From an uncultured Candidatus Saccharibacteria bacterium (lineage in GTDB: Bacteria; Patescibacteriota; Minisyncoccia; Phycocordibacterales; UBA2100): 64,000 bases of DNA. The stretch's first letter is position 1. Each line of letters opens with the position of its first letter. The translations under genes and the position numbers were made by a program. A model generated the notes under the pieces. The model searched no databases and was not told where the DNA came from. It was given only the letters and a program-made list of their open reading frames with translations. The stretch covers positions 6,189 through 70,188 of the forward strand of contig CAZYLZ010000004.1 of the NCBI GenBank assembly GCA_964648335.1, written 5' to 3'. Of the stretch, positions 8,133-18,732 are shown one piece after another.

Positions 8133-9950
8133 TTACCCTACCTTGTCTAATTTTGCAATGTCAAGCGCAAGTCGCTGGCTTTCGGCCATCGCTCGGGCGA
8201 GTGCCTCATCGTCGCCCTGGGCCTCGGCCTGCTGTATCTGAGCAGTAGCTAGCTGAAGTTCGCGGCCGAGTTTTTCACGCAAAAGCGCCCGCAAAAGCTC
8301 GTGCGCCTCGATGGCAATATTGAGTCCCCCGTACAATCCCTCGGCCTTAAAGCGCATCACCTCGAGCTCTTCTTCGGCACCGGCAGAAACGGTGTCGAAA
8401 ATATCTCCGAGTGCAGCTTTGAGCTCGGCCCTGAAGACATCGGTGTCGATTTCTTTCTTCTGCAACGACTCTTGCCAGAGCAAGAGGCCAAAGACTTGTC
8501 GCGCACGAGCCAGAGGATCGTGATTTTTGCCAAACTGCGGTCGTGTAAACGATTGCGTAGACGACTGAGGCCGCAGCGACGGATTAGACGATGTAGTAGC
8601 TCCTTGCACTGAGCGCGCGGGCGTTACTGCTCCGCGGGCCACCTTTTGCACAGCCTCGGCTAGCACGCGCTCGGGAATGCCGGTGCGCTTGGACGTTTCG
8701 CGCGTAAAGAAATCGCGATCGAGCACGCTTGGCATCTCGACAATGAACGGAAGCACCGTAGCCTCGACCGCCTTCACGAAGGCATGATCGTCGACCGCGC
8801 GCTTCTTGAGGACATCGAGAAGAAAGAACACGACCGGCTGCGCGCTCTTGACCGCATCTTTCCACGCGTCGCTTCCCTTTTCTTTTATAATGTCCGCCGG
8901 GTCTTTTCCTCCTTCGACGGCTACGACTTTTACATCCATACCAAGTCCTAATGCCAGGCGCGCAGACTTTTGTGCCGCGGTTATGCCCGCGTCGTCGGAG
9001 TCGAGCGCGAGTATGAGGTTGTTGGTCATGCGCTTGAGCAGGGTCACGTGGTCGGCGGTCAAGGCAGTGCCCGACACAGCAACCGTGTTGGTCCACCCTG
9101 CTTGGTGCGACATCACCAGATCCATCTGCCCTTCGACCAAGATTGCGCAGTCGAGCTTGCGCATGCTCTGTTTGGCACGGTCGTAACCGTACAGGACTTT
9201 CGCCTTATGAAAGAGTTCCGATTCGGGGCTATTGATATACTTTGCCGCGTCGGAATCTTTGGACTGCCCGAAGATGCGGCCACTAAAGGCGATGATGCGT
9301 CCGGCGGTGTCGCCCATCGGAAACATGATGCGGCTACGAAAGCGGTCGTAGGCACCCTTGTTCGCCCCTTCGGAGTCGGGCATCTTGGCAAGACCCGCTG
9401 CTATTACCTCGGCTTCGGTGAAGCCCTTGTCCTTGAGATGAAGCGTGAGTGTGCGCCAGCCGACCTCTTCTGAGGGCGCCCAACCGAGCCGAAATTTCTG
9501 AATGGTCTCGGCCGTTATACCGCGCGAGAGCACGTAGTCGTACTGCGCGCTCTTGTCGGCAAGATTGCGCTGGAAAAAGATTGTCGCTGCCTCGATAAGC
9601 TCGTACAGACGCTGCTTGGCATCTTTGTCTTCTTTGCCCGCGCCCTTTTCGTACACGATCTCGACACCCGCTTTGTCGGCCAAAATCTTGAGCGCACCCT
9701 TGAAGTCAATCCCCTCGATGGTCTCGATAAAGGTAAACATGTCGCCGCCCACGCCGCAGCCGAAGCAGTGGTAGGTGCCGCGCTCGGGCGAGAGGGTGAA
9801 CGAGGGAGACTTTTCGCTGTGAAAGGGGCACCGTGCCTTGTAGTTGAGGCCGGCGCGCTTGAGCTCGACGTAGCCTGACACCACGTCGACGATCGAGAGT
9901 TTCTCTTTTATTTGTTCTACCGTTGTTGCCACAGGTGAATGATACGTCAT
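8133..9950 (-). CDS. dnaG: DNA primase DnaG.
   Basis: CHC2 zinc finger (CPFHSEKSPSFTLSPERGTYHCFGCGVGGD), TOPRIM region (ILVEGQMDLV...LDSDDAG). Confidence 0.9.
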   Translation of the reverse strand: MTYHSPVATTVEQIKEKLSIVDVVSGYVELKRAGLNYKARCPFHSEKSPSFTLSPERGTYHCFGCGVGGDMFTFIETIEGIDFKGALKILADKAGVEIVYEKGAGKEDKDAKQRLYELIEAATIFFQRNLADKSAQYDYVLSRGITAETIQKFRLGWAPSEEVGWRTLTLHLKDKGFTEAEVIAAGLAKMPDSEGANKGAYDRFRSRIMFPMGDTAGRIIAFSGRIFGQSKDSDAAKYINSPESELFHKAKVLYGYDRAKQSMRKLDCAILVEGQMDLVMSHQAGWTNTVAVSGTALTADHVTLLKRMTNNLILALDSDDAGITAAQKSARLALGLGMDVKVVAVEGGKDPADIIKEKGSDAWKDAVKSAQPVVFFLLDVLKKRAVDDHAFVKAVEATVLPFIVEMPSVLDRDFFTRETSKRTGIPERVLAEAVQKVARGAVTPARSVQGATTSSNPSLRPQSSTQSFTRPQFGKNHDPLARARQVFGLLLWQESLQKKEIDTDVFRAELKAALGDIFDTVSAGAEEELEVMRFKAEGLYGGLNIAIEAHELLRALLREKLGRELQLATAQIQQAEAQGDDEALARAMAESQRLALDIAKLDKVG

Positions 9951-9969
9951 GCTCTACGATGGCATGATA

Positions 9970-9998
9970 TTGACTTTTTACCCTAATAGTGTTATCAT
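9970..9998 (+). promoter_or_regulatory. Sigma70-like promoter (TTGACT, 17 nt, TATCAT) upstream of the 10055 ORF.
   Basis: ttgact at 9970-9975 and tatcat at 9993-9998. Confidence 0.45.
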
Positions 9999-10054
9999 AC
10001 TATTTAGCCCTCCTACCAGGGAATGGTAGGTTCATCACCGAGAGGAGCTGACTC

Positions 10055-10426
10055 ATGGCTACCATCCACGAGTACAACGACATCCTGCGCCGTCGTGGCG
10101 CAAAGGACGCGGTCGAGTTTGCCGTCGTTTCGCGGGAGCCCGTACTTCTGCGCGCCGCTCGTAAGACGGTGCAAGGTCTGTGGATCCTCGACGACAAGCG
10201 CGTGCCGGCATGCCCGGGTCTGTCTGTCCCGGACGAACTGCCAGCGATGGCCCGTCAGCCGCAGGACTTCCGTGATCACCGGACGGCACCTTCTCCGGCT
10301 CCCAAGCCGACGAAGACCGCCCTCGGCACCGGGAAAGCTGCATCCGATAAAAGGAAGCGCGATCGCTCCGCTGCCGACATGAAAATTCGCGCCAAGATGA
10401 AAGGTGCTGGCAGCAAAAAGAGCTAG
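10055..10426 (+). CDS. Hypothetical small basic protein (123 aa).
   Basis: Good RBS (gagaggagctgactcATG), promoter upstream, terminator downstream. Confidence 0.5.
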   Translation: MATIHEYNDILRRRGAKDAVEFAVVSREPVLLRAARKTVQGLWILDDKRVPACPGLSVPDELPAMARQPQDFRDHRTAPSPAPKPTKTALGTGKAASDKRKRDRSAADMKIRAKMKGAGSKKS

Positions 10427-10446
10427 CTGCCACTCCACTCACACCA

Positions 10447-10479
10447 CCGCCGACCCGTTCTGGGTCGGCGGATTTTTAT
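10447..10479 (+). terminator. Rho-independent terminator.
   Basis: ccgccgacccg-ttc-tgggtcggcgg + ATTTTTAT. Confidence 0.6.
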
Positions 10480-10482
10480 AGC

Positions 10483-10512
10483 AAAAGACCGCCACTGGTG
10501 GCGGTCTTCGGT
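10483..10512 (-). terminator. Terminator hairpin serving the minus-strand NUDIX gene.
   Basis: aaaagaccgccac-tg-gtggcggtcttcgg. The stem overlaps the NUDIX stop region. Confidence 0.4.
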
Positions 10513-10929
10513 CTATCGAGCCTCGCCCAGATAGAGCGATATGTCGGTAAGAATACGGAGATTGGTGCGTCCGATCGGAATACCGCCGAGCGCTTGGCGT
10601 AGCGAGTAGAACTTTCCGTACTCTCCTTCGCACACGGTCACGCTCGCTTCGAAGGTATCTGCAACAGCCATGATGAAGATGTGGTGAATCGACGTCTCTC
10701 CCTCGTAGTCTCCAAAGTACTGATACTGAGAAATATCGATGGAGAGCTCTTCTCGAATCTCTCGTCGGAGCGCCTGCTCAATGGTTTCGCCAGGCTCTAT
10801 TCCGCCTCCGAAGAATGCATACTTGCTGGCATGACGTGGCGCATCGGCCGTCCGCTTTTGCAGGAAAAACTTGAATTCGCCATTGCACGACCGGTACGGA
10901 ACCAGCACGGCACAGGTACGTTTTGTCAT
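10513..10929 (-). CDS. NUDIX hydrolase.
   Basis: Nudix box GGGIEPGETIEQALRREIREELSI (GX5EX7REUXEEXGU). Confidence 0.8.
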   Translation of the reverse strand: MTKRTCAVLVPYRSCNGEFKFFLQKRTADAPRHASKYAFFGGGIEPGETIEQALRREIREELSIDISQYQYFGDYEGETSIHHIFIMAVADTFEASVTVCEGEYGKFYSLRQALGGIPIGRTNLRILTDISLYLGEAR

Positions 10930-11078
10930 AGTCGCTCCTCCTCTGTTCTTTTTTGAGTATACGCGTACTCGTCATGCACGCAATGGATGGTCTTGTGCCT
11001 CTCGTCCGCGCACCCAGCACCCTTGCCACAGAGCTCGCTCGGGTGTATTTTCGATGACGGTCTGAGAGGGAGTCGTTA

Positions 11079-11288
11079 ATGAGAATATCCGTACAGCGGC
11101 GTAACGCCGCAAAGATCGCTCGAGAGTCGGTTGCAAAGCGTCCGCGTTCGGCAGCTAAACGGCAGCCGAAATGCAGCCAATGCCCACACTACCCTATCGC
11201 TTCCCTGCCGGCTCGAAAGCGTGAGATCAACCGATCAATACTGATCGCTCTCATACTGTCGCGGTTCTGCTTGGATCGCGACAGCTGA
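11079..11288 (+). CDS. Hypothetical small basic protein (69 aa).
   Basis: RBS gagggag 7 nt upstream of the ATG; terminator at 11296-11330. Confidence 0.4.
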   Translation: MRISVQRRNAAKIARESVAKRPRSAAKRQPKCSQCPHYPIASLPARKREINRSILIALILSRFCLDRDS

Positions 11289-11295
11289 TACCAAA

Positions 11296-11330
11296 CAACC
11301 CCCACGTTTCCGTGGGGGTTGTTCTCTTTC
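11296..11330 (+). terminator. Rho-independent terminator.
   Basis: aacccccacg-tttc-cgtgggggtt + GTTCTCTTTCT. Confidence 0.55.
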
Positions 11331-11386
11331 TGAATCAATGACTCTTTAGTCACGGATCGTTTTTGCTAAAACGTCCGCGACCCACT

Positions 11387-11410
11387 AAACAGTGCCTAGG
11401 CACTGTTTAA
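11387..11410 (-). terminator. Perfect palindrome/hairpin just downstream of rpoC; candidate rpoC terminator.
   Basis: taaacagtgcc-ta-ggcactgttta. On the minus strand it is followed by ...cgtttt. Confidence 0.35.
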
Positions 11411-11453
11411 TCGCGCCGTCGCGCTCCGATTCGTAAAGCTCCAAGTATTCGCT

Positions 11454-14400
11454 TTACGCGTCGCGACGGCGGACCTCCTTGTGTGGGAACTTGATATCAA
11501 GCTCGCGCTGCAAGTCGGTAATCATCTGCTTCTTGCGGCTACCCGGGAATCCGGTGCCTGCTGGGATGAGTCGGCCGATGATGACGTTCTCCTTGAGTCC
11601 GACAAGATTGTCAGTGACTCCCGAGACTGCAGCATCGGTGAGCTTGCGAGTTGCGTGCTGGAAGGATACGGCAGCAAGGAACGATGCGCGGGTCAGCGAG
11701 ACTTCTGCGATACCCAAGACGAGTCGCTTGCCCTTGCCTGCTTCGCCGCCTTTGGTCTTCACTTCGTCATTGGCTACATCGAGCTCGAACTCCTCGACGA
11801 CGTCGCCGACCGAGAACTGTGTGTCACCGGCAGTGACGAGTTCGACACGGCTAAACATCTGACGAACGATAAGTTCCAAGTGCTTGCGAGAAATCGCCAC
11901 TCCCTGGAGCTCGTAGATGCGTGTGATCTCTTCGATGATGTATACCTGGGTCGCCTCCTTGCCAGCGTACTGGTAGAGCTCCTCGAGGTTCGCCGATCCG
12001 TCAGTGAGGAATTCTCCCTTCTCGACAGTCTGGCCAACCTTGACGATGACCGAACGTGCTGGGTGCGATCGGTATTCGAGATCACGCTTGCCGTGCTTGC
12101 CTTCTGCCATGAGCATGATGACCGTCTCGGCGCCGTCTTTCTCGATAGATGCGACAGAACCGGTTACGTGTGAGACGAGTGCCGGAACCTTTGGCTTGCG
12201 GCGCTCGAAGACTTCTTCGACGCGTGGGAGTCCCGAGGTGATGTCTCCTCCTGCGACCGCCACACCACCGGTGTGGAACGTACGCATGGTGAGCTGCGTT
12301 CCCGGCTCGCCGATTGCCTGTGCTGCGACGACTCCGACCGCTTCTCCGATCTCTACCATCTCGCCGGTCGTGAGGTCGTTACCATAGCACTGCTGGCAGA
12401 TGCCGCGGACGGTCTTGCAGGTCATAGGCGAGCGCACGTTGATGGACTTTACGTCCGATGCGTCGATAAGCTTTACGTCTTCTGCGAGTACGCGGTGGTT
12501 GCGTTTCAGCGCGACACCGTCTCCCATAAGATCGTCGGCGATGACACGGCCCATAAGCTGCTGTCCAAGCGATTTTCCAAGCGCTCCTTCTTTTGGCTTC
12601 TCCAAAAGCACACCCTCTTTGGTTCCGCAGTCCTCTTCGATGACGATTACGTCCTGACCTACGTCGAACAAGCGGCGAGTAAGATATCCTGCCTTTGCCG
12701 TGTTGAGTGCGGTGTCTGCCAATCCCTTACGTGCACCGTGAGTCGAGATGAAGTACTCGATCGGAGTAAGACCCTCTTTCATCGAAGCGGTGATCGGGAA
12801 TTCGATGATCTCTCCGCGTGGGTTGGTGATCATTCCCTTCATACCAGCCATCTGGTTGAGCTGGCCCACCGATCCACGAGCGCCCGAGGTGATCATGTCG
12901 TAGACAGAGCCTTTGCGGTCGAGCGAATCCAAGATGAGCTTGCGGAGATCTCCTCCGATGCGCTCCCAGAGCTCGATCGTCATGCGACGGCGTTCGTCTG
13001 CAGTGAGAAGTCCTTCGTTGAACTGCGTCCAGAGCTCGGTCGTCGCCTTGCGACCGTCCTCGACGAGCTTGGTCTTCTCTGGCGGGACCGCGAGATCCGA
13101 GAAGCTCCAGGTGATTCCTGCGTGAGTAGCGTATTTGAAACCGAACTGCTTGATCTTGTCGATGATCGCAGGGATTCCCTCGAGCTTGTAGCGCTTGACG
13201 AGATCCTGCACGAGCGCGTTGATGCGCTTGTTGGTGACTTCGTCGTTGATGTAAGGGAAGTCGTTCGGGAGTGCTGCGTTGAACAAGAGGCGTCCAACAG
13301 TCGTCTCGAAGATCTTGCCGCCAAACTGTGCGTACTTAGCGTTTTCGGATGGAAGGACCTTGATCTTGGCACGGAGATTGATGTCGTCGAAGTCGTATGC
13401 GGTGATCGCCGCGTTGGTCGAGTGGAAGGCCTTGCCCTCACCCTTCAAACCATCGACAGATTTCGTCATCCAGTAGCAGCCCAAGACGATATCGAGGAGC
13501 TTCGATGCGATGACTGGATCTCCGTTACCTGGCTTGAGTACGTTCTTGTTGGCCGACATGATCTCGCGTGCTTCCATCTGCGCCTCAGGCGAGAGTGGTA
13601 CGTGGACCGACATGGTGTCTCCGTCGAAGTCTGCGTTGTATGCAGGACATACGAGCGGATGGAGCTGTATTGCCGAACCTTCGATGAGTACCGGGCGGAA
13701 TGCCTGGATAGACTGACGGTGAAGTGTCGGTGCGCGGTTGAGTAACACGTGCTTGTCGGCGATGACCTCTTCGAGGATTGCCCAGACCTCTGGCACGCCT
13801 TCTTCTATAAGACGGCCTGCGCCGCGGATGTTGTATGCGAGCTCGCGCTGCAACAATCCTGCGATGACGAACGGACGGAAGAGCTCGAGCGCCATGTGCT
13901 TTGGAAGTCCGCACTGGTCGAGGTTCAAGTCAGGTCCGACCACAATGACCGAGCGTCCCGAGTAGTCTACGCGCTTACCGAGGAGGTTTCCGCGGAAGTA
14001 ACCCTGCTTACCCTTGAGGTAATCAGCGAGCGACTTGAGCGGACGGCGGCGAGCACCCAAGATTCCTGCTGCACCCTGTCCGCGGCGCATCGAGTTATCC
14101 AAGAGCGCGTCGACTGCCTCCTGCAAGATGCGCTTTTCGTTGCGCAAGATGACTTCTGGCGCCTTGATAGCGAGAAGCTTCTTGAGACGGTTGTTTCGGT
14201 TGATGACGCGGCGGTAGAGATCGTTCAAGTCAGAAGATGCATGGCGACCGCCTTCGAGTGCCACCATCGGACGCAACTGTGGAGGAACGACTGGCAAGCG
14301 TGACATGAACATCCACTCTGGACGTACGCCCGAGCGGAGCATGCCCTCAGCGAGCGAGATGCGCTTGCGGAGCTTCTCGCGGTCGGCTGCAGGAGCCTTG

Positions 14401-15125
14401 TCGAGATCGCCCTTCAGGGTCTTTACGTATGCTGCGAGGTCGAGCTTCTTCAAGATGTCGTAGAGAGCCTCGGCACCGATAGCTGCTTCGAACATCGCGC
14501 CGTATTTGACGGCAAATGTGTGATACGCAGCCTCGTCGAGCACGATTCCCTCGCGCACGCGCTCGATGTCGCGCTTGGTCTGCGCAGCGAGATCCTTGAG
14601 ACGGGTCTTCTCGTCGGCATTGTTAGCGCCCTTCATCTTGGCGTTGAACTCGGTGTCCAAATCCTTGAGCAAGCGATTCTTCTCGTTCTCTAGAACGCGG
14701 GTCACGATGTAGCCGGCAAAGTAGACGACCTTCTCGACATCTGCTGCTGAAAGTCCGAGCAAGAGGGCGATGCGAGATGGAATGCCGCGCAAGAACCAAA
14801 TGTGAGCGACAGGAGTCGCGAGGTCGATATGACCCATGCGCTCGCGGCGTACGATGGCGCGCGTTATCTCGACGCCACACTTCTCACAGATGATGCCCTT
14901 GAAGCGGATACCGCGGTATTTACCACAGTAACACTCGTAGTCCTTCTCAGGACCGAAGATCTTCTCGTCAAAGAGTCCGCTCTTCTCGGGGCGCTGGGTT
15001 CGGTAGTTGATAGTCTCTGGCTTGGTCACTTCACCATACGACCAGTCGAGCATCCTCTCAGGCGATGCAAGTGACACCGACAGGATGTCGAAGTCTTGCG
15101 GGATCGAGTCTGTTTTCTTTTTCAT
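11454..15125 (-). CDS. rpoC: DNA-directed RNA polymerase subunit beta' (RpoC).
   Basis: 1223 aa; zinc-binding CxxC region, NADFDGD catalytic motif, conserved trigger-loop and bridge-helix regions. Confidence 0.95.
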   Translation of the reverse strand: MKKKTDSIPQDFDILSVSLASPERMLDWSYGEVTKPETINYRTQRPEKSGLFDEKIFGPEKDYECYCGKYRGIRFKGIICEKCGVEITRAIVRRERMGHIDLATPVAHIWFLRGIPSRIALLLGLSAADVEKVVYFAGYIVTRVLENEKNRLLKDLDTEFNAKMKGANNADEKTRLKDLAAQTKRDIERVREGIVLDEAAYHTFAVKYGAMFEAAIGAEALYDILKKLDLAAYVKTLKGDLDKAPAADREKLRKRISLAEGMLRSGVRPEWMFMSRLPVVPPQLRPMVALEGGRHASSDLNDLYRRVINRNNRLKKLLAIKAPEVILRNEKRILQEAVDALLDNSMRRGQGAAGILGARRRPLKSLADYLKGKQGYFRGNLLGKRVDYSGRSVIVVGPDLNLDQCGLPKHMALELFRPFVIAGLLQRELAYNIRGAGRLIEEGVPEVWAILEEVIADKHVLLNRAPTLHRQSIQAFRPVLIEGSAIQLHPLVCPAYNADFDGDTMSVHVPLSPEAQMEAREIMSANKNVLKPGNGDPVIASKLLDIVLGCYWMTKSVDGLKGEGKAFHSTNAAITAYDFDDINLRAKIKVLPSENAKYAQFGGKIFETTVGRLLFNAALPNDFPYINDEVTNKRINALVQDLVKRYKLEGIPAIIDKIKQFGFKYATHAGITWSFSDLAVPPEKTKLVEDGRKATTELWTQFNEGLLTADERRRMTIELWERIGGDLRKLILDSLDRKGSVYDMITSGARGSVGQLNQMAGMKGMITNPRGEIIEFPITASMKEGLTPIEYFISTHGARKGLADTALNTAKAGYLTRRLFDVGQDVIVIEEDCGTKEGVLLEKPKEGALGKSLGQQLMGRVIADDLMGDGVALKRNHRVLAEDVKLIDASDVKSINVRSPMTCKTVRGICQQCYGNDLTTGEMVEIGEAVGVVAAQAIGEPGTQLTMRTFHTGGVAVAGGDITSGLPRVEEVFERRKPKVPALVSHVTGSVASIEKDGAETVIMLMAEGKHGKRDLEYRSHPARSVIVKVGQTVEKGEFLTDGSANLEELYQYAGKEATQVYIIEEITRIYELQGVAISRKHLELIVRQMFSRVELVTAGDTQFSVGDVVEEFELDVANDEVKTKGGEAGKGKRLVLGIAEVSLTRASFLAAVSFQHATRKLTDAAVSGVTDNLVGLKENVIIGRLIPAGTGFPGSRKKQMITDLQRELDIKFPHKEVRRRDA

Positions 15126-15149
15126 ACGTTTGTGTGTGTTATGAGAAGA

Positions 15150-18100
15150 TTACGCTTCTGGGTTATTAATGGTGAACTGCTCGTCGCCATGGAACTGGAT
15201 GTCGATACCCAATCCGCGCAAGTGTCGTACAACGACGTTGAACGTAGCTGGGATGTTGGACTGCTCGATGCGCTCGTTGGAGACGATAGCGTCGAATGCG
15301 GCAGAGCGACCCAAGATGTCGTCCGATTTGATGGTGAGGATTTCGCGAAGTGAGTGAGCTGCTCCGTATCCCAAGAATGCCCACACTTCCATTTCTCCGA
15401 CGCGCTGACCGCCGTTTTGTGCTTTTCCTCCAAGCGGCTGCTGGGTGGTAAGTGAGTAGGGACCGATAGAGCGCATGTGGATCTTGTCTTCCACCATGTG
15501 ATGCAGCTTGAGCATGTACATGTAGCCGACTGCGGTGTGCTGGTCGAACTTGTCTCCGGTGCGGCCGTCGTAGAGCTGCATCTTGCCCGAGGCATTGAAG
15601 CCAGCCTTGACCAACTCGTCGCGGATCTCCTCTTCGGTTGCTCCGGCAAACGATGGTACGAGCGCCTGGTAGCCCAAGGTGTTTGCGGCCATTCCCAAGT
15701 GAAGCTCCAAGATCTGTCCCAGGTTCATACGGGATGGGACTCCGAGCGGGGTCAAAATGATGTCTACCGGCTCGCCGTTCTCGTCGTATGGCATGTCCTC
15801 TTCTGGAAGCACGCGCGAGATAACTCCCTTGTTTCCGTGGCGTCCTGCGAGCTTGTCACCCACCGATATGGTGCGCAGCTGTGCGACTTCGACGTGCACG
15901 CGCTTGATGACGCCGCTTTCGAGCGAATCGCCATTCTCGCGAGAGAAGATCTTCACGCCGACGACGCGTCCACGCTTTCCGCCTTCCATGCGAAGCGAGG
16001 TGTCTTTGACATCCTTCGCCTTCTCTCCGAAGATCGAGTGCAAGAGACGCTCTTCTGGGGTGAGCTGGGTCTCGCCTTTCGGTGTGACCTTGCCTACCAA
16101 GATGTCGCCTGGGCGGACCTCGGCGCCGATGCGCACGATTCCGTCCTCGTCGAGGTTTCTCAATTTAAATTCTGATACGTTAGGGATGTCGTGTGTCGTC
16201 ACTTCGGGACCGAGCTTCGTGTCGTGCACGACCGCTACGAACTCTTCCATGTGGATCGAAGAGAATCGTCCCTGCTTGGACAAGCGCTCCGATATGATGA
16301 TCGCGTCTTCGAAGTTGGCACCTGCCCACGACATAAACGCGATGCGGACGTTCTGGCCGATTGCCATCTGTCCGCCGACCGAAGTCGATGTGTCTGCGAG
16401 GACTTCTCCGCGCTTGACCTTCTGGCCCACATCGACGCAAGGGCGCTGGTGGCGCGCAGTGAAGTCGTTTGAGCGAGCGAAGTTGACCAATGGATACTCC
16501 TTCTTCTTTCCTTCTTTGTTCTCGACGACAACCTTCTTGGCGTCGACGTAGGTGACCTCTCCTGCCTCGAATGCGAGAGCGAGGCGACCCGAGTCGTGCG
16601 CTGCTACCTCTTCGATACCGGTTCCGACCAAGGGAGCCTCGGGAACGATGCAGGGCACTGCCTGCTTCATCATGTTCGAACCCATGAGCGCGCGGTTAGC
16701 GTCGTCGTGTTCTACGAACGGAACCAGGGATGTTGCAACCGAGAATGGCTGGTTGGTAGCGACCTCGATGAAGTCGACTTCGTCGCGCTTAACGACCGCT
16801 GGCTCGCCGTGCTTACGCACCTCGACCATGTCTGGAACAAGCTTACCGTTCTCTTCGCGGTCGATCGCCGAGTGAGCGATAACGTACTGCTCTTCGTCGA
16901 GCGCGTTCATATAGACGATCTCGTCGGTAACCTTCCCCTTCACGACCTTCGCGTATGGGGTCTCGATGATGCCGAACTCGTTAGGGCGGGCGTAGAGCGA
17001 CATGTGGAGCACGAGTCCGATGTTCTTACCTTCTGGAGAGTGCACCGGGCACACGCGTCCGTAGTGGGACGAGTGCACGTCGCGGACCTCGAGTCCTGCG
17101 CGCTCGGATGTGAGTCCGCCGGGGCCAAGTGTGCTCAAGATGCGCAAGTGCTCCATCTCGGTCAAGATGTTGTACTGCTGCATGAGCTGAGAGAGCTGGT
17201 TTGAAGTGAAGAATTCTTTCACAGACGCGGCAAACGGGCGCGGGTTCAAAACCTGGACCGGAAGCGTGGTCTCTGCCTCTACGGTCGACATGCGGTCTTG
17301 GGTATTGCGCTTCATGCGCGAAAGTCCGACGCGCATCTTTTGCTGGAGGAGTTCTCCGACGAAGCGGACGCGGCGAAGACCCAAGTGGTCGATGTCGTCT
17401 GCAGTCGATCCAGGTGTCTGGTTTAATGTAAGGATGTGCTCGATGATGCGGTAGATGTCTTCTGGTGAAAGTGTGCGTGCATCAAGCGCCTTCCCTTCGA
17501 ACGGGAGTCCGAAGCGGCGATTGAAGTGGAAGCGTCCTACCTTGGAGAGGTCGTAACGCTCGGAACCGAGCATCGTGTCGATGTGGTCCTTGGCAGTGTC
17601 GGCAGTCGCGATATCTCCGTCGCGAAGGCGGCGGTAGATCTCGGCGTATGCCTCTTCTGCAGAAGCAGTCGTGTCGTGTGCGACGGTATTCTTGTACGCC
17701 TCGGCTCCCCCTTCCATCTTCTCCATGCGCTTCGATATGTCCTCGACCTTCTCACCCATGACGCGAAGAAGGTTGGTGACCGGGAATTTGCGCTTGCGGT
17801 CAATCTTAACGTAGATACCTCCGTCTGCCTCTGACTCAATCTCGATCCAGACGCCGCGAAGCGGGATAATCTTGGCGGCAAAATAGTTGGTGCCGCGGTA
17901 TTGGTTCGCGTCGAAGAATACGCCGTAGGAACGCGCGAGCTGAGCGACGATGACGCGCTCGACTCCGTTGATGATGAACGTTCCGTGATCGGTCATCCAT
18001 GGGAAGTCGGTCAGGAAGATCTCCTGCTCCTTCTCCTCCTTAGTGGTCTTGTTCTTGAGGGTGGCGACTGCGGTCACCGGAACCTCGTAGTTGAGCATCT

Positions 18101-18344
18101 TGTGCTTTGCGTACTCTTCGGTCCACTTCGGCTGACCGAAAGTCACCTTAGAGATAGAGAGCTCGAACTTCTTGCCCGAATAGTCGGCAATAGGAGAAAA
18201 CTCCCGAAGAACGTCGGTAGTTCCTTCTTTGACGAGCCACTCAAACGACTTCAACTGCGCCTCCACGAGGTTCGGGAGTTCTGCAATCGGTTTCTTGTAC
18301 GCCGCGAAATACTTCTGCGGGCGTGACTGCTTTGCGTGTGCCAT
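15150..18344 (-). CDS. rpoB: DNA-directed RNA polymerase subunit beta (RpoB).
   Basis: 1064 aa; conserved rif-region and the C-terminal ...GGQRVGEMEVWA... motif. rpoB-rpoC are adjacent. Confidence 0.95.
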   Translation of the reverse strand: MAHAKQSRPQKYFAAYKKPIAELPNLVEAQLKSFEWLVKEGTTDVLREFSPIADYSGKKFELSISKVTFGQPKWTEEYAKHKMLNYEVPVTAVATLKNKTTKEEKEQEIFLTDFPWMTDHGTFIINGVERVIVAQLARSYGVFFDANQYRGTNYFAAKIIPLRGVWIEIESEADGGIYVKIDRKRKFPVTNLLRVMGEKVEDISKRMEKMEGGAEAYKNTVAHDTTASAEEAYAEIYRRLRDGDIATADTAKDHIDTMLGSERYDLSKVGRFHFNRRFGLPFEGKALDARTLSPEDIYRIIEHILTLNQTPGSTADDIDHLGLRRVRFVGELLQQKMRVGLSRMKRNTQDRMSTVEAETTLPVQVLNPRPFAASVKEFFTSNQLSQLMQQYNILTEMEHLRILSTLGPGGLTSERAGLEVRDVHSSHYGRVCPVHSPEGKNIGLVLHMSLYARPNEFGIIETPYAKVVKGKVTDEIVYMNALDEEQYVIAHSAIDREENGKLVPDMVEVRKHGEPAVVKRDEVDFIEVATNQPFSVATSLVPFVEHDDANRALMGSNMMKQAVPCIVPEAPLVGTGIEEVAAHDSGRLALAFEAGEVTYVDAKKVVVENKEGKKKEYPLVNFARSNDFTARHQRPCVDVGQKVKRGEVLADTSTSVGGQMAIGQNVRIAFMSWAGANFEDAIIISERLSKQGRFSSIHMEEFVAVVHDTKLGPEVTTHDIPNVSEFKLRNLDEDGIVRIGAEVRPGDILVGKVTPKGETQLTPEERLLHSIFGEKAKDVKDTSLRMEGGKRGRVVGVKIFSRENGDSLESGVIKRVHVEVAQLRTISVGDKLAGRHGNKGVISRVLPEEDMPYDENGEPVDIILTPLGVPSRMNLGQILELHLGMAANTLGYQALVPSFAGATEEEIRDELVKAGFNASGKMQLYDGRTGDKFDQHTAVGYMYMLKLHHMVEDKIHMRSIGPYSLTTQQPLGGKAQNGGQRVGEMEVWAFLGYGAAHSLREILTIKSDDILGRSAAFDAIVSNERIEQSNIPATFNVVVRHLRGLGIDIQFHGDEQFTINNPEA

Positions 18345-18732
18345 GACGTTATGGTGCTAATCCATCCACAGATGCACGGTTCATCGGCCGTTCATCAGCG
18401 GTCGGACGCGAATAAATGTGACCCCTTTATCGAATCCAGGTTAACAAAAACCTGTGTTTATAAAAAACGGGGTCGGGTTCGAGCGGAACTGTGCTAGTTC
18501 TGACACTAAAGACAGGAGTCAGGTGACCATGTACTCCACGCATGCATCTTTTCAGCCAAGACTCAATCGCAAGCAGGAGGAAAGTACGCGCGGGATTATA
18601 TACCCTGGGCCAGGCCAGGTCAAGGGGAAAACTATCGTTTTGGAGTCATTTTGAACGAAGAAATGCGGGCGACCATTATGGCCGCCCGCATCGGGGTTGT
18701 CGGGTATATGCTCATTATCATCTCAGCTACAG

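Noticed and set aside
12273-13745. 490-aa + strand ORF (and many other 60-250-aa ORFs) inside rpoC/rpoB
   Set aside because: They lie antisense or out of frame to highly conserved RNA polymerase genes. The translations are Arg/Ser-rich low-complexity sequence typical of high-GC spurious ORFs.
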